From Candidatus Methylomirabilota bacterium (GTDB taxonomy: Bacteria > Methylomirabilota > Methylomirabilia > Rokubacteriales > CSP1-6), in assembly GCA_046726415.1 (NCBI GenBank), contig JBKPAK010000231.1, positions 1-21,527 on the forward strand: 21,527 bases of DNA, written 5' to 3'. Shown piece after piece: positions 1 through 8,731 of the stretch. The first letter of the stretch is position 1; each line of letters starts with the position of its first letter. The notes beneath the pieces were generated by a model. That model saw nothing but the letters and a program-made list of their open reading frames with translations. It was not told the DNA's origin and did not search any database. Position numbers and translations under genes: made by a program.

Positions 1-566
1 CGGATGGAGACGTCCAGCGCCGACACGGGCTCGTCCAGAACGATGAATTTTGGATACGTCACCAGGGCGCGGGCGATGGCGATCCGCTGTCGCTGGCCAC
101 CGCTGAATTCATGCGGGTAGAGGGCGGTACTCTCTCGCCTGAGCCCAACCAGCTCCAGTACGTCGCGCACCCGCTCGCGCGCCACCACGGCGCTCAGGCC
201 GTCGTCCGGCGGGAGCGGTTCGGCCACGATGTGCTCCACCCGCATCCGTGGATTCAGCGAGCTGTAGGGGTCCTGAAAGACGGCCTGCACCGCGCGGCGA
301 TAGCGCGCGAAGTCGTCGCGACCGAACGCCTGGATGTCCTTGCCGTCGAAGAGCAGAGCGCCGGCCGTGGGGCGTTGCAGGAGCAGGAACAGCTTGGCCA
401 GAGTGGTCTTGCCGGAGCCGGACTCTCCCACGATCCCCAGGGTCTCGCCCTCGGCGACCTGGACACTCACGCCGTCCAGCGCCTTGATCCATCCGCGCAC
501 CCCGCCAACGCCGAAGCCGCCCGTCACCGGGAAGTACTTCTTCAACTCGATGCCTTGCAGCACCAC
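1..566 (-). CDS. oppF: Oligopeptide/dipeptide ABC transporter ATP-binding protein (OppF/DppF-like); 3' end runs off the window
   Basis: Absent from the ORF track because it has no stop in the window. Manual translation from GTG at 566 (GAGG upstream, just after the oppD stop) gives VVLQGIELKKYFPV...GETLGIVGESGSGKTT (Walker A) ...YPHEFSGGQRQRIAIARAL (signature) ...FIVLDEPVSALDVSI (Walker B/D-loop). Confidence 0.93.
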   Translation of the reverse strand, partial: MVLQGIELKKYFPVTGGFGVGGVRGWIKALDGVSVQVAEGETLGIVGESGSGKTTLAKLFLLLQRPTAGALLFDGKDIQAFGRDDFARYRRAVQAVFQDPYSSLNPRMRVEHIVAEPLPPDDGLSAVVARERVRDVLELVGLRRESTALYPHEFSGGQRQRIAIARALVTYPKFIVLDEPVSALDVSI

Positions 567-567
567 C

Positions 568-1560
568 TCAGCCTCGTCCGTCGGCCGCAGGGGCCAGCCA
601 GCAATGCGCCGTATGGCCACTCGCCACGGCCACCGAGGGCGGGAACGCCTCGTCACAGCGGGGCTGCCGCTTGGGGCAGCGCGGCGCAAAGGAGCAGCCC
701 GGCGGCAGTCGGGCCAGATCAGGGGGCTGGCCTCCGATCTCGACCAGTTGTTGGCGCTTCAGCTCCACATCGGGCAGGCAGCGCAGGAGCGCCTCCGTAT
801 AGGGATGGGCGGGGTTGTTGAAGACCTGCAAGGTGGTCCCCATCTCCACGATCTTCCCCGCATACATCACCGCCACCCGGTCGGCGTTGGCGGCCACGAT
901 GCCGAAATCGTGTGTGACCAGAATGACGGCCACCCCGGCCGCCGCCTGGACCTCCTTGAGCAGCTCCAGATACTGGGCCTGGATGGTCACGTCCAGCGAG
1001 GTGGTGGGTTCATCGGCGATGAGCAGGCGCGGTGCACACGACAGCGCGATGGCGCTCGACACCCGCTGCCGCATCCCCCCGCTGAATTGGTGCGGGTACT
1101 GCCGGAGCCTCGTGTCAGCGGCAGAGATCCGCAGCCGTCGCAGCGCCTCCAGCACCCGTTCGCGCAATGGGGTGCCGCGCAGGCCCTGATGGAGCCGGAC
1201 GACCTCGCTCACCTGCGTTCCAATCGTCAGGGCTGGGTTGAGAGAGGTCATGGGGTCCTGCAGCACCATGGCGATCCGCTTCCCGCGCACGTGCCGCATC
1301 TCCGCTGGAGTCTTCTGCAGCAGATCCTCTCCCTCGAACAGCACCCGGCCGCCGACGATCCGTCCGGCCGGCTCGGGGACCAGCCGCACCAGCGAGAGGC
1401 AGGTCACCGACTTCCCCGACCCCGATTCCCCGACCAGCGCCAGCGTCTCCCCGGCGTGCAGCGTGAAACTGACGCCGTCCACCGCTTTGGTGACGCCCTG
1501 GCGGGTGAAGAAGGACGTCGTGAGATCTTCCACCACCAGCAGCGGGGAGGACGCTGGCAT
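568..1560 (-). CDS. oppD: Oligopeptide/dipeptide ABC transporter ATP-binding protein (OppD/DppD-like)
   Basis: GESGSGKS Walker A, QDPMTSLNP, YPHQFSGGMRQR, LLIADEPTTSLD, HPYT and a C-terminal Cys-rich tail (GCSFAPRC...RC...HC). Confidence 0.95.
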   Translation of the reverse strand: MPASSPLLVVEDLTTSFFTRQGVTKAVDGVSFTLHAGETLALVGESGSGKSVTCLSLVRLVPEPAGRIVGGRVLFEGEDLLQKTPAEMRHVRGKRIAMVLQDPMTSLNPALTIGTQVSEVVRLHQGLRGTPLRERVLEALRRLRISAADTRLRQYPHQFSGGMRQRVSSAIALSCAPRLLIADEPTTSLDVTIQAQYLELLKEVQAAAGVAVILVTHDFGIVAANADRVAVMYAGKIVEMGTTLQVFNNPAHPYTEALLRCLPDVELKRQQLVEIGGQPPDLARLPPGCSFAPRCPKRQPRCDEAFPPSVAVASGHTAHCWLAPAADGRG

Positions 1561-1567
1561 GAGTTCC

Positions 1568-3103
1568 CTACTTGCCCTTCAGTTTTAGGTCTTCGTACGG
1601 CGCGGTGAACGCGAAGCCGGCGATGAGCCCGAATCCCGACTCCTCGACCCTGGGCCCCACACCGTTCAGGCCGGCACTCAGCCAGATCGGCGCGATGATC
1701 ACCTTGTCGTGAATGAGCTGCTGGATTCGCTCGAGGGTTGCCCCTCGCCGCTTGGGGTCCAGTTCGCTCGCCTGCTCCCGGAAGAGGCCGTCGATGTCGG
1801 GATAGCTCCCATACGCATAGGTGCCGCCCGCCGCGATGAAGGCCTCGATCCTGGTGGCCGCGTTGCCGAAGGCGCCGCTGGCCCCCTGGATGAGGCCCTT
1901 GTACTTCTTTTCGGAGTATCCCTTGAAGAACGCGGCCCGCTCGAGCGGCCGGAGCTTCGCCTGGACACCAACCGCCCTGAGATAGTTGATCACGGGCTCG
2001 GCGATGTTGGTGAACGCGGCGTCACAGGAGTAGTCACCAGCGTCAAAGCCGTTGGGGTACCCGGCCTCGGCGAGGAGCTGTTTGGCCCTGGCGGGATCGT
2101 AGGCGTAGGCGGGCGGCTGCCAGTAGTACTCGAAATTCCTCGGGATGATGCTCCACGTGATCTTGGCGAACCCCAAGAGCTCCGCCTGGTTCACCGCCGC
2201 GCGGTCGATGGCCAGGTTGGTGGCCAGGCGCACGCGCCGGTCGTGCCACGGCGACTTCGGCTCCCACTGGTCGGTGAAATAGATCCAGAACGTCGCCTGC
2301 CCCACCACCGGCTTGAGGGCCAGGCCCGGAGTGCGCCGGAGCTGCTCGCCCAGCTCGCCGCGGACGGCATAGGCCATGTCCACCTCACCCCGCTTCAGGG
2401 CAGCCAGGCGCGTGGACTCATCCGGGATGGCCTTGAAGACCAGCCGCTTCACGCTCGGGGCTTTCCGCCAATATTGATCGAACGATTCTAGAATTAGCTC
2501 CACGCCGGGCGTGAACGACACGAACTTGTACGGCCCGGCACCCACCGGGGCCTTCTTGAAGCCTTCGTCGCCGACTTTCTCCACGTACTTCTTGGGCACG
2601 ATCCAGCCGGCGCCGGTGGCGTCCGTATAGAACGTCATGAAGTCTGGCCACGGCTGCTTGAGGCGGATGCGAACGCGCCCGGGATCCGGGGTCTCGATCG
2701 CCGCCACCCTGTCCTTGAGCGTCCTGTGGGACGCGCCCCGGTAACGCTCCAGCGAGAACTTGACGTCCTCGGCGGTGACCGGGTCGCCGTTGTGGAACTT
2801 CACCCCCCGGCGGAGGACAAATTCGTAGACGAGCCCGTCAGGCGATGCGCTCCACGACTCGGCCAGACTGGGCGCCATCGGATTGCCCGGCATCGGCTTC
2901 ACCATCGCGTCGTGCAGCGCGTAGAGGAGCAAGTAGGGCGTGATGATCCCGGAGGTCTCCGCGGGGTCGAACCAGGTGGGCGCGAGCGAGACGTGCACGG
3001 CCCAGGTCATCTGTCCCTCCGGCGCTGCCGCGGCCGGCAGGACCCCAAGGGCCAGGATCGAGACGACGAGCACCGCCGTGAAGAGGCCTCGATTCGTTCT
3101 CAC
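1568..3103 (-). CDS. Family 5 (peptide/nickel-type) ABC substrate-binding protein, paralog 1 (511 aa)
   Basis: Likely start is GTG at 3103, 8 nt after GGAAGGAGG. The ORF-track extension to 3820 overlaps paralog 2 out of frame. Signal peptide (RTNRGLFTAVLVVSILALGVLPAAAA), then family 5 motifs SLAESWSAS, LRRGVKFHNGDPVTAEDVKFS, PVGAGPYKF, YDPARAKQLLAEAGY. Confidence 0.92.
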   Translation of the reverse strand: MRTNRGLFTAVLVVSILALGVLPAAAAPEGQMTWAVHVSLAPTWFDPAETSGIITPYLLLYALHDAMVKPMPGNPMAPSLAESWSASPDGLVYEFVLRRGVKFHNGDPVTAEDVKFSLERYRGASHRTLKDRVAAIETPDPGRVRIRLKQPWPDFMTFYTDATGAGWIVPKKYVEKVGDEGFKKAPVGAGPYKFVSFTPGVELILESFDQYWRKAPSVKRLVFKAIPDESTRLAALKRGEVDMAYAVRGELGEQLRRTPGLALKPVVGQATFWIYFTDQWEPKSPWHDRRVRLATNLAIDRAAVNQAELLGFAKITWSIIPRNFEYYWQPPAYAYDPARAKQLLAEAGYPNGFDAGDYSCDAAFTNIAEPVINYLRAVGVQAKLRPLERAAFFKGYSEKKYKGLIQGASGAFGNAATRIEAFIAAGGTYAYGSYPDIDGLFREQASELDPKRRGATLERIQQLIHDKVIIAPIWLSAGLNGVGPRVEESGFGLIAGFAFTAPYEDLKLKGK

Positions 3104-3120
3104 GATGGACGCCTCCTTCC

Positions 3121-4647
3121 TCACTTGCCCTTCAGCTTCACGTCCTCGTAGGGCGCCGAGAACGCCCAGCCCGGAATGAGCCCGAGGGCCGACTCCGCCA
3201 CCCGGGGCCCCTGCGCGTGGATGAAGCCCAGCTCCCAGATCGGGGCATACACGGCCTTGTCGTAGATGAGCTGCTGGATCCGGTTGAGCATCGCCTCGCG
3301 CCGCTTCCGGTCCAGCTCGCCGGCCTGCTCCCGGAAGAGCCCGTCGATGTCGGGATAGCTGCCATAGACGTAGGGCCCACCCGAGGCGACGAAGACCTCG
3401 AGGCGGGTGGCCGCGTTCCCGAAGGCGCCGCTGATGCTGTAGACAAGGTTCTTCAGCGTCTTCTCCTGGTACCCCTTGAAGAAGCCCGCCCGCTCGAGCG
3501 GCCTCACCCTGGCGCGGATGCCCGCCGCCTGGAGGAAGCCCGCCGTCGCCTCGCTCATGGTGGCGGTGGCGGCATCGCACCAGAGGTCCCCTGCGTCGAA
3601 CCCTTTCGGGTAGCCGGCCTCGGCCAGAAGCTGCTTGGCCTTGGCGGGATCGTAGGCGTAGGCGGGCGGCTGCCAGTAGAAGTCGAAGGTCTGGGGAATG
3701 ATGCTCCAGGTGATCCGCGAGAATCCGAGCGTGATCGCCTCGTTGATGGCCTGGCGGTTGATCGCATGGTTGGCGGCCAGGCGGACGCGCCGGTCCGCCC
3801 AGGGCGACTTCGCATCCCACTGATCGACGAAGACGAGCCAGTGGGTCGACACGATGGGGACGGGGCGCAGGGTGAGCACCGGCGTGCGCCGCACGTCTTC
3901 GGCCAGCTCGCCCTGGAGGAGGTAGACGACGTCAGCCTCGCCGCGCTTGAGCATGGCCAGGCGCGTGGTCTCGTCCGTCACCGACTTGAAGACGAGGCGC
4001 TTCACGCTCGGGACCTTCCTCCAGTAGGGCTCGTGGGCCTCCAGCACCAGCTCGACGCCTGGGTTGAACGAGACGAACCGGTAGGGGCCCGCCCCCACCG
4101 GAGCCTTCTTGAAGCCGTCGTCGCCGACCTTCTCGAGGGACTTCCGGGGCACGATCCATCCGGCGCCGGTGGCCAGGCTTCCGTAGTAGGTCATGAAGTC
4201 GGGCCAGGGTTCCTTGAGCCGGAAGCGCACCCGGCTCGCGTCCGGGATCTCGATCGCCGCGACGCGGTCCTTCAGGAGCTTCGACGCGGCCCCCCGATAC
4301 CGCTCGAAGGAGAACTTCACGTCCTCGGCGGTGACGGGATCGCCGTTGTGGAAACGGGCGCCCTGGCGCAGGACGAACTCGTAGACGAGCCCGTCCTTCG
4401 ACGCGCTCCAGGATTCGGCCAGGCTCGGCGCGACGGCGTTGCCGGGCATGGGCTTCACCATGGCGTCGTGCAGGGCGTAAAGCACCAGGAACGGCGTGCC
4501 GATCCCCGGGGTCTCCGCGGGGTCGAACCAGGTGGGGGCGAGCGAGATGTGAAGGGCCCAGGTCACCTGCCCCTCGGGCGCCGCGGTGGCCGGCGCGGCG
4601 GGGACGGCCATGGCGAAGACAGCCAGGAGCACGGCGAGGAGCTTCAT
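3121..4647 (-). CDS. Family 5 ABC substrate-binding protein, paralog 2 (508 aa)
   Basis: ATG at 4647 after GAGGGAGG. Signal peptide MKLLAVLLAVFAMAVPAAPATA. Same motifs as paralog 1 with long identical stretches, and the same C-terminus PYEDxKLKGK. Confidence 0.93.
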   Translation of the reverse strand: MKLLAVLLAVFAMAVPAAPATAAPEGQVTWALHISLAPTWFDPAETPGIGTPFLVLYALHDAMVKPMPGNAVAPSLAESWSASKDGLVYEFVLRQGARFHNGDPVTAEDVKFSFERYRGAASKLLKDRVAAIEIPDASRVRFRLKEPWPDFMTYYGSLATGAGWIVPRKSLEKVGDDGFKKAPVGAGPYRFVSFNPGVELVLEAHEPYWRKVPSVKRLVFKSVTDETTRLAMLKRGEADVVYLLQGELAEDVRRTPVLTLRPVPIVSTHWLVFVDQWDAKSPWADRRVRLAANHAINRQAINEAITLGFSRITWSIIPQTFDFYWQPPAYAYDPAKAKQLLAEAGYPKGFDAGDLWCDAATATMSEATAGFLQAAGIRARVRPLERAGFFKGYQEKTLKNLVYSISGAFGNAATRLEVFVASGGPYVYGSYPDIDGLFREQAGELDRKRREAMLNRIQQLIYDKAVYAPIWELGFIHAQGPRVAESALGLIPGWAFSAPYEDVKLKGK

Positions 4648-4692
4648 CGGTCGTCCTCCCTCGAGACCCACGCTCATGTCGGGCGCCTCACT

Positions 4693-5367
4693 CTAGACGG
4701 GCTCCGTACGACCCCAGACAACGGCCAACACGGTAGCGCCATTGTGCGTCGTCACGGTGTGGACGCAACCGTTGGGCCGGTAGTTCATGTTGCCCGTGGT
4801 CACGGCGCCCGATTCGTCGGCATTCGCGCCCTCGACGATGAAGATCAGCTCATCCCCCACGTGACGGTGCGGAGGGAGCGTAGCGCCTGGCTCGAACCGC
4901 GCCAGAATGGCGCGCCGCGCATTCACCGGATCCTCCCAGATCCGCTTCTGGCGGACTCCCGCGCGCGTCTCGATCCACGGGAGATCACTCAGGGTGAAGA
5001 TCTGCGAGGGCGGCGCGCTGGCTCTCTCGGTGGCCGGTTCAACACCGCCGGTGAGGATCGCCAGCAGGGTGGCCCCGTTCTTGGTCGATACGGTGTGCAC
5101 ACAGCCATTCGGACGGTAGCCCATGTTTCCCGCCGTCACCGTCCCGAACTCATCGGCGATCGCGCCCTCGATGACGAAGACCAGCTCATCGCCGACGTGC
5201 CGATGAAGCGGAAGTTTCGCATCAGGCTCGATGCGAGTCATGACCGCCCGTCGCTTGGTCTCCGGATGCTCCCAGATGGTCTTCGTCCGGATCCCGGGCT
5301 GGCGCTCCTGCCACGCGAGGTCGCTGACGGAGATGATTTCGGATAACGGAGTCTTCGTCGTCGTCAT
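4693..5367 (-). CDS. Tandem two-domain cupin protein (ChrR-like/Cupin_7-type), putative metalloenzyme
   Basis: ATG at 5367 after GAAAGGA. Two ~100-aa repeats, each with LPxHRHVGDELxFxxEG and GNMxYRPNGCVHTV (cupin H-x-H...E...H metal motifs). Confidence 0.85.
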   Translation of the reverse strand: MTTTKTPLSEIISVSDLAWQERQPGIRTKTIWEHPETKRRAVMTRIEPDAKLPLHRHVGDELVFVIEGAIADEFGTVTAGNMGYRPNGCVHTVSTKNGATLLAILTGGVEPATERASAPPSQIFTLSDLPWIETRAGVRQKRIWEDPVNARRAILARFEPGATLPPHRHVGDELIFIVEGANADESGAVTTGNMNYRPNGCVHTVTTHNGATVLAVVWGRTEPV

Positions 5368-5398
5368 GGTGTTCCTTTCCAAGAACGCTGAGTGAAGG

Positions 5399-5654
5399 TC
5401 AAATCTCTTCGATCGGCTCGGCGAGCCCCTTCACGGGGACGAGGCCGAGCGGCTTGACCCGCACGGCCTTCGGCCAGTCGCAAGGTCGCCGGGGTCATGA
5501 GGATCGACCCCGGCATCGCCATCTGCTCCATGCGGGCGGCCAGGGCGGAGGGCGTCGTGCCGCAGTTCGCGCAGCGCCGGCTGAGCGGCGCGCCGCCGTT
5601 CTCACAGAACTTCGCCGCCCGACTGTTCGCGTGCAGGCACCCGGGACACTGCAT
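5399..5654 (-). pseudogene. Collapsed remnant of a zinc-ribbon/adenylate-guanylate cyclase/STAND gene, a paralog of 11186..14557
   Basis: MQCPGCLHANSRAAKFCENGGAPLSRRCANCGTTPSA aligns without gaps to residues 1-37 of the 14557 gene. It is joined directly to LAARMEQMAMPGSILMTPATLRLAEG (paralog residue 220 onward: LAARMEQIADPGAIAITPRTLALVEG). Two frameshifts follow (VRVKPLGLVPVKG / LAEPIEEI*, versus VEVKSLGPMPVKGLADAVEV). Confidence 0.88.
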
Positions 5655-5688
5655 GGAGGCCCCCCGAGACCGCGGTTGACGTGCGCCG

Positions 5689-5717
5689 ACAGTAGCCCCT
5701 GGCACGGATGGGGTCAA
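5689..5717 (-). promoter_or_regulatory. sigma70-type promoter
   Basis: Minus strand TTGACC (5717-5712), 17-nt spacer, TACTGT (5694-5689), about 35 nt upstream of the ATG at 5654. Confidence 0.65.
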
Positions 5718-5799
5718 GAAAGCGGAAACTGTGCAGCGTCGCCCAGTGGGGCGCGCAGCTCCGCTCGCCGGCGGGTTTTTCGAGCAGGTCTCGCGACGG

Positions 5800-6732
5800 C
5801 TACATCAACTCTTGGATGAGCGCTTGCGCGATTTTCGGGGCCACGCCCAGCGGCCGGTGGGCCAGCGGGCCGCCTTCGCCGAGGACCGGCTCGAGCTGGT
5901 CCAGCGCCGGCAGATCCTCGCGCTTCCAGAAGAGGCCGATCGGGATGACCTCGCCCCACAGATAGCCCTTCTCCAGGGCGCCCGGAAAGTCGGTCGGCGC
6001 GTGGCCCATCTCCTCCAGCTTGCGGGTCCGCTGCTTGAAAAAGTCATACGAGTTGTCGTGGTTGTACGTGACGCAGGGACTGAAGATGTCGATGAGGGCA
6101 AAGCCCTTGTGCTGGATGCCCCCCTTGATCAGTTCGACCAGGTGCTTCTGCTGACCGGTGAATCCCCGGGCGACGTAGGTCGCCCCGGCGGCCAGGGCCA
6201 GAGGGATCGGGTTGATGGGGTTTTCCACGCTGCCAAAGGGCGTGCTCTTGGTCTGCATGCCCTTGATGCTGGTGGGGGACAGCTGACCGGTGGTCAGTCC
6301 ATAGACCTGGTTGTTCATGACGAGATAGGTCAGGTCGACGTTGCGGCGCATGGAGTGGACGAAGTGATTGCCCCCGATGCCGTAGCCGTCGCCATCTCCG
6401 CCGGTGACGACAATCTTCAGCTCGTGATTGGCCAGTTGCGCGCCGGTGGCCACCGCCAAGGCGCGGCCGTGCAAGGTGTGCATGCCGTAGGTATTGATAT
6501 ACCCGGGCAGGTTCGACGAGCAGCCGATGCCGCTGATGGTCATGACCTCATGGGGCTGGAGCCCCAGCTCGGCGATCGCTTGCTTCAGGGCGGCCAGCAC
6601 GCCAAAGTCGCCGCACCCCGGGCACCAATCGGGATCCACCTTGCCCTTCAAGTCCCTGACCGTCACCTTCGCGCGTTCGGTCTTGAGCGCGGGCTGACCC
6701 TGGGTGGTCGCTTTGCTTTCAATCACGGCCAT
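5800..6732 (-). CDS. korB: 2-oxoacid:ferredoxin oxidoreductase, beta (TPP-binding) subunit
   Basis: ATG at 6732 after AAGGAGG. Motifs WCPGCG, SGIGCSS, HTLHGRA, GGDGDGYGIGGNH and NNQVYGLTTGQLSPT. Substrate specificity cannot be read from the sequence. Confidence 0.93.
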   Translation of the reverse strand: MAVIESKATTQGQPALKTERAKVTVRDLKGKVDPDWCPGCGDFGVLAALKQAIAELGLQPHEVMTISGIGCSSNLPGYINTYGMHTLHGRALAVATGAQLANHELKIVVTGGDGDGYGIGGNHFVHSMRRNVDLTYLVMNNQVYGLTTGQLSPTSIKGMQTKSTPFGSVENPINPIPLALAAGATYVARGFTGQQKHLVELIKGGIQHKGFALIDIFSPCVTYNHDNSYDFFKQRTRKLEEMGHAPTDFPGALEKGYLWGEVIPIGLFWKREDLPALDQLEPVLGEGGPLAHRPLGVAPKIAQALIQELM

Positions 6733-6743
6733 GGCGGCCTCCT

Positions 6744-8531
6744 TCAGACCTGGATCTCGTGCACGGGCACGTAGTGTGTTTTCGAGCCGGCCAGGATGGC
6801 CTTGACGCCATCCACGAGGTGGTGCGGCATGAACGGCTCCCCATCGTATTTTCGGATGTGACCATCCGCGACGATGCCCGTCTCCGATCTCAAGTAGCGC
6901 GCGAACTGGCCGCTGTAGTTGTTCTCGACCATGATGACTTTCTTGCCGGCGGAGAGGATGGCCAGGATCGCGTCGGCATGAAGCGGGACCAGCCACTTGA
7001 TCTGGAGATTGTTGGCCGCGATGCCTTCGGCGGCCAGCTGTTGGATGGCCTCGCGAATGACCCCTTCGGTCGACCCCCAGCCTACCAAGATGACGGGAGC
7101 GTCGGCCGCCCCATGGACTTCGGGTGGCTCCAAGAGGGAAAGGACCCCGTCCATCTTGCGCATCCGCTTTTCGTGGATGGCTTGACGCTTGTGGGGGTCC
7201 GTGAATTCATCACTGATCAACACACCGTCCTCGTCGTGTTCGTCGGTGGCCACCACGTGCGCGTACCCGGGAGTCCCCGGCAACGCGCGGGGCGAGACGC
7301 CGCTCTCGGTGATGAGGTAGCGCTTGAAGCCGCCGTTCACGGGCGGCCCGTCACCGTTGAGGCCGATGACGTCGCCGCGCTCGATGGGCACGTTGAAATC
7401 GAGCTCGGCGGGGTCGATGCTCGACCGGCCTTCGGACAGAAGCAAATCGGACAGGATGATCCCGGGGCACTGAAATCTGTCGGCCAGGTTGAAGAGCCGC
7501 GGGACGATCTTGAAGCAGTCGGCGATGTTCGTAGGGGCCACGATGATCCGAGGGTAGTCTCCCTGCCCGGCGCCCAGCACTTGCCAGAGATCGCCCTGTT
7601 CGGTCTTGGTGGGCACTCCCGTGGCGGGTCCGGCCCGCTGGACGTTGATGCAGACGACGGGGATTTCCATCATGGCGGCCGAGCCGAGGGCTTCGCTCAT
7701 CAGGGCAAAGCCGCCCCCGGAGGTCGCGCACATGGCGCGGCAGCCCATATGAGCCGCCCCGATGGCCATGTTGATCACGCCGATTTCGTCTTCGACCTGG
7801 CGAACCATGATGCCGAGTCGACGCGCGTGCCGGGCCATCCAGTGCAGCACGCCGGACGAAGGGCTCATGGGATAGGCGCAGTAGAAGCGCACCCCGGCGG
7901 CGGCGCCGCCCATGGCGAGGGCCTGGTTACCCTCGAAGAACGCCAGTCTCCTGCCGGTATCGGGGAGGGAGAACGGGAACGCCGTGAAATGCGCGGCCGC
8001 GTGGTCGTAGCCCGCGCGAGCGACGCTCACGTTTTCAGCCACGGCGGCCTCACCTTTCCGCTTGAACTGAAGCGTCAAGATCTCCTCGAGAATCCCGAAC
8101 TCCACCCCGATCAAACGCAGAACCGCGGCCAAGGCGATGGTGTTTTGCACGAGATCGCCCCTGATCGTGGGGGCCAGCGCCTTAACGGAAAAGGGGCAGA
8201 GCTGCACGCCATCGGAAACGGCACCGGGCTTGATCGTGTCGCTGTTGAACAGCACGGCCGCGCCGGCGCGCATCAGCTTCAGGTGCCGATTCATCGTGTC
8301 TTGATTCAACGGCATGAGCACGTCGATCGTGTCGCCGTGACTCAGGACAGGTTGGTCACTCGTGCGGAGGGTGAGAAAGATGTGGCCGCCGCGAATGATG
8401 GACTGGTAGGCATTGTAGGCGCTCACGTGGAGCCCCCGGCGGACGAAGATCCGCGCCAGAATGTCGCCGGGCGTGGCAATGCCCTGGCCTGCCGCGCCGC
8501 CAATGCCGATGGCAAGGTCGATTCTGCTCAC
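6744..8531 (-). CDS. korA: 2-oxoacid:ferredoxin oxidoreductase, alpha subunit with fused N-terminal gamma domain
   Basis: GTG start after AGGAGA. Motifs GGAAGQGI, YQSIIRGGH, GNQALAMG, YPMSPSS, QVEDEI, ATSGGGFALMSE, QRAGPATGVPTKTEQGD, VGWGST and VENNYSGQ. Confidence 0.94.
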   Translation of the reverse strand: MSRIDLAIGIGGAAGQGIATPGDILARIFVRRGLHVSAYNAYQSIIRGGHIFLTLRTSDQPVLSHGDTIDVLMPLNQDTMNRHLKLMRAGAAVLFNSDTIKPGAVSDGVQLCPFSVKALAPTIRGDLVQNTIALAAVLRLIGVEFGILEEILTLQFKRKGEAAVAENVSVARAGYDHAAAHFTAFPFSLPDTGRRLAFFEGNQALAMGGAAAGVRFYCAYPMSPSSGVLHWMARHARRLGIMVRQVEDEIGVINMAIGAAHMGCRAMCATSGGGFALMSEALGSAAMMEIPVVCINVQRAGPATGVPTKTEQGDLWQVLGAGQGDYPRIIVAPTNIADCFKIVPRLFNLADRFQCPGIILSDLLLSEGRSSIDPAELDFNVPIERGDVIGLNGDGPPVNGGFKRYLITESGVSPRALPGTPGYAHVVATDEHDEDGVLISDEFTDPHKRQAIHEKRMRKMDGVLSLLEPPEVHGAADAPVILVGWGSTEGVIREAIQQLAAEGIAANNLQIKWLVPLHADAILAILSAGKKVIMVENNYSGQFARYLRSETGIVADGHIRKYDGEPFMPHHLVDGVKAILAGSKTHYVPVHEIQV

Positions 8532-8596
8532 GCCTTATCTCCTGTCAGGAGCGTATGAGTAACTCTGGCTCACGGCGATCCCGCTGACCCCTGGCA

Positions 8597-8625
8597 ATCC
8601 TGCTCCGACTACGGGGCGCGGTCAA
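8597..8625 (-). promoter_or_regulatory. Putative sigma70-type promoter of korAB
   Basis: Minus strand TTGACC (8625-8620), 17-nt spacer GCGCCCCGTAGTCGGAG, then CAGGAT (8602-8597). The -10 box is imperfect. Confidence 0.45.
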
Positions 8626-8731
8626 GGAGGCAGGTGAGCCCGCGGACGGCCGCCTCGGCTCGCCGCCCGGGCGACGGGACTTCGCGCCGGCTCCATTCGC
8701 TTGGCCGCATGCAGGCAGATCGCCGTGCCCG

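Noticed and set aside
3104..3820. N-terminal extension of the 750-aa ORF 1568..3820
   Set aside because: It overlaps SBP paralog 2 out of frame. The RBS and signal peptide place the start at 3103.
5761..5785. GC hairpin plus T-run (CCGCTCGCCGGCGGGTTTTT) as a terminator
   Set aside because: The stem is short, and the T-run is on the plus strand while the flanking genes are on the minus strand. Too weak to call.
6733..6996. N-terminal extension of korB in the ORF track
   Set aside because: It overlaps the korA 3' end. AAGGAGG precedes the ATG at 6732.
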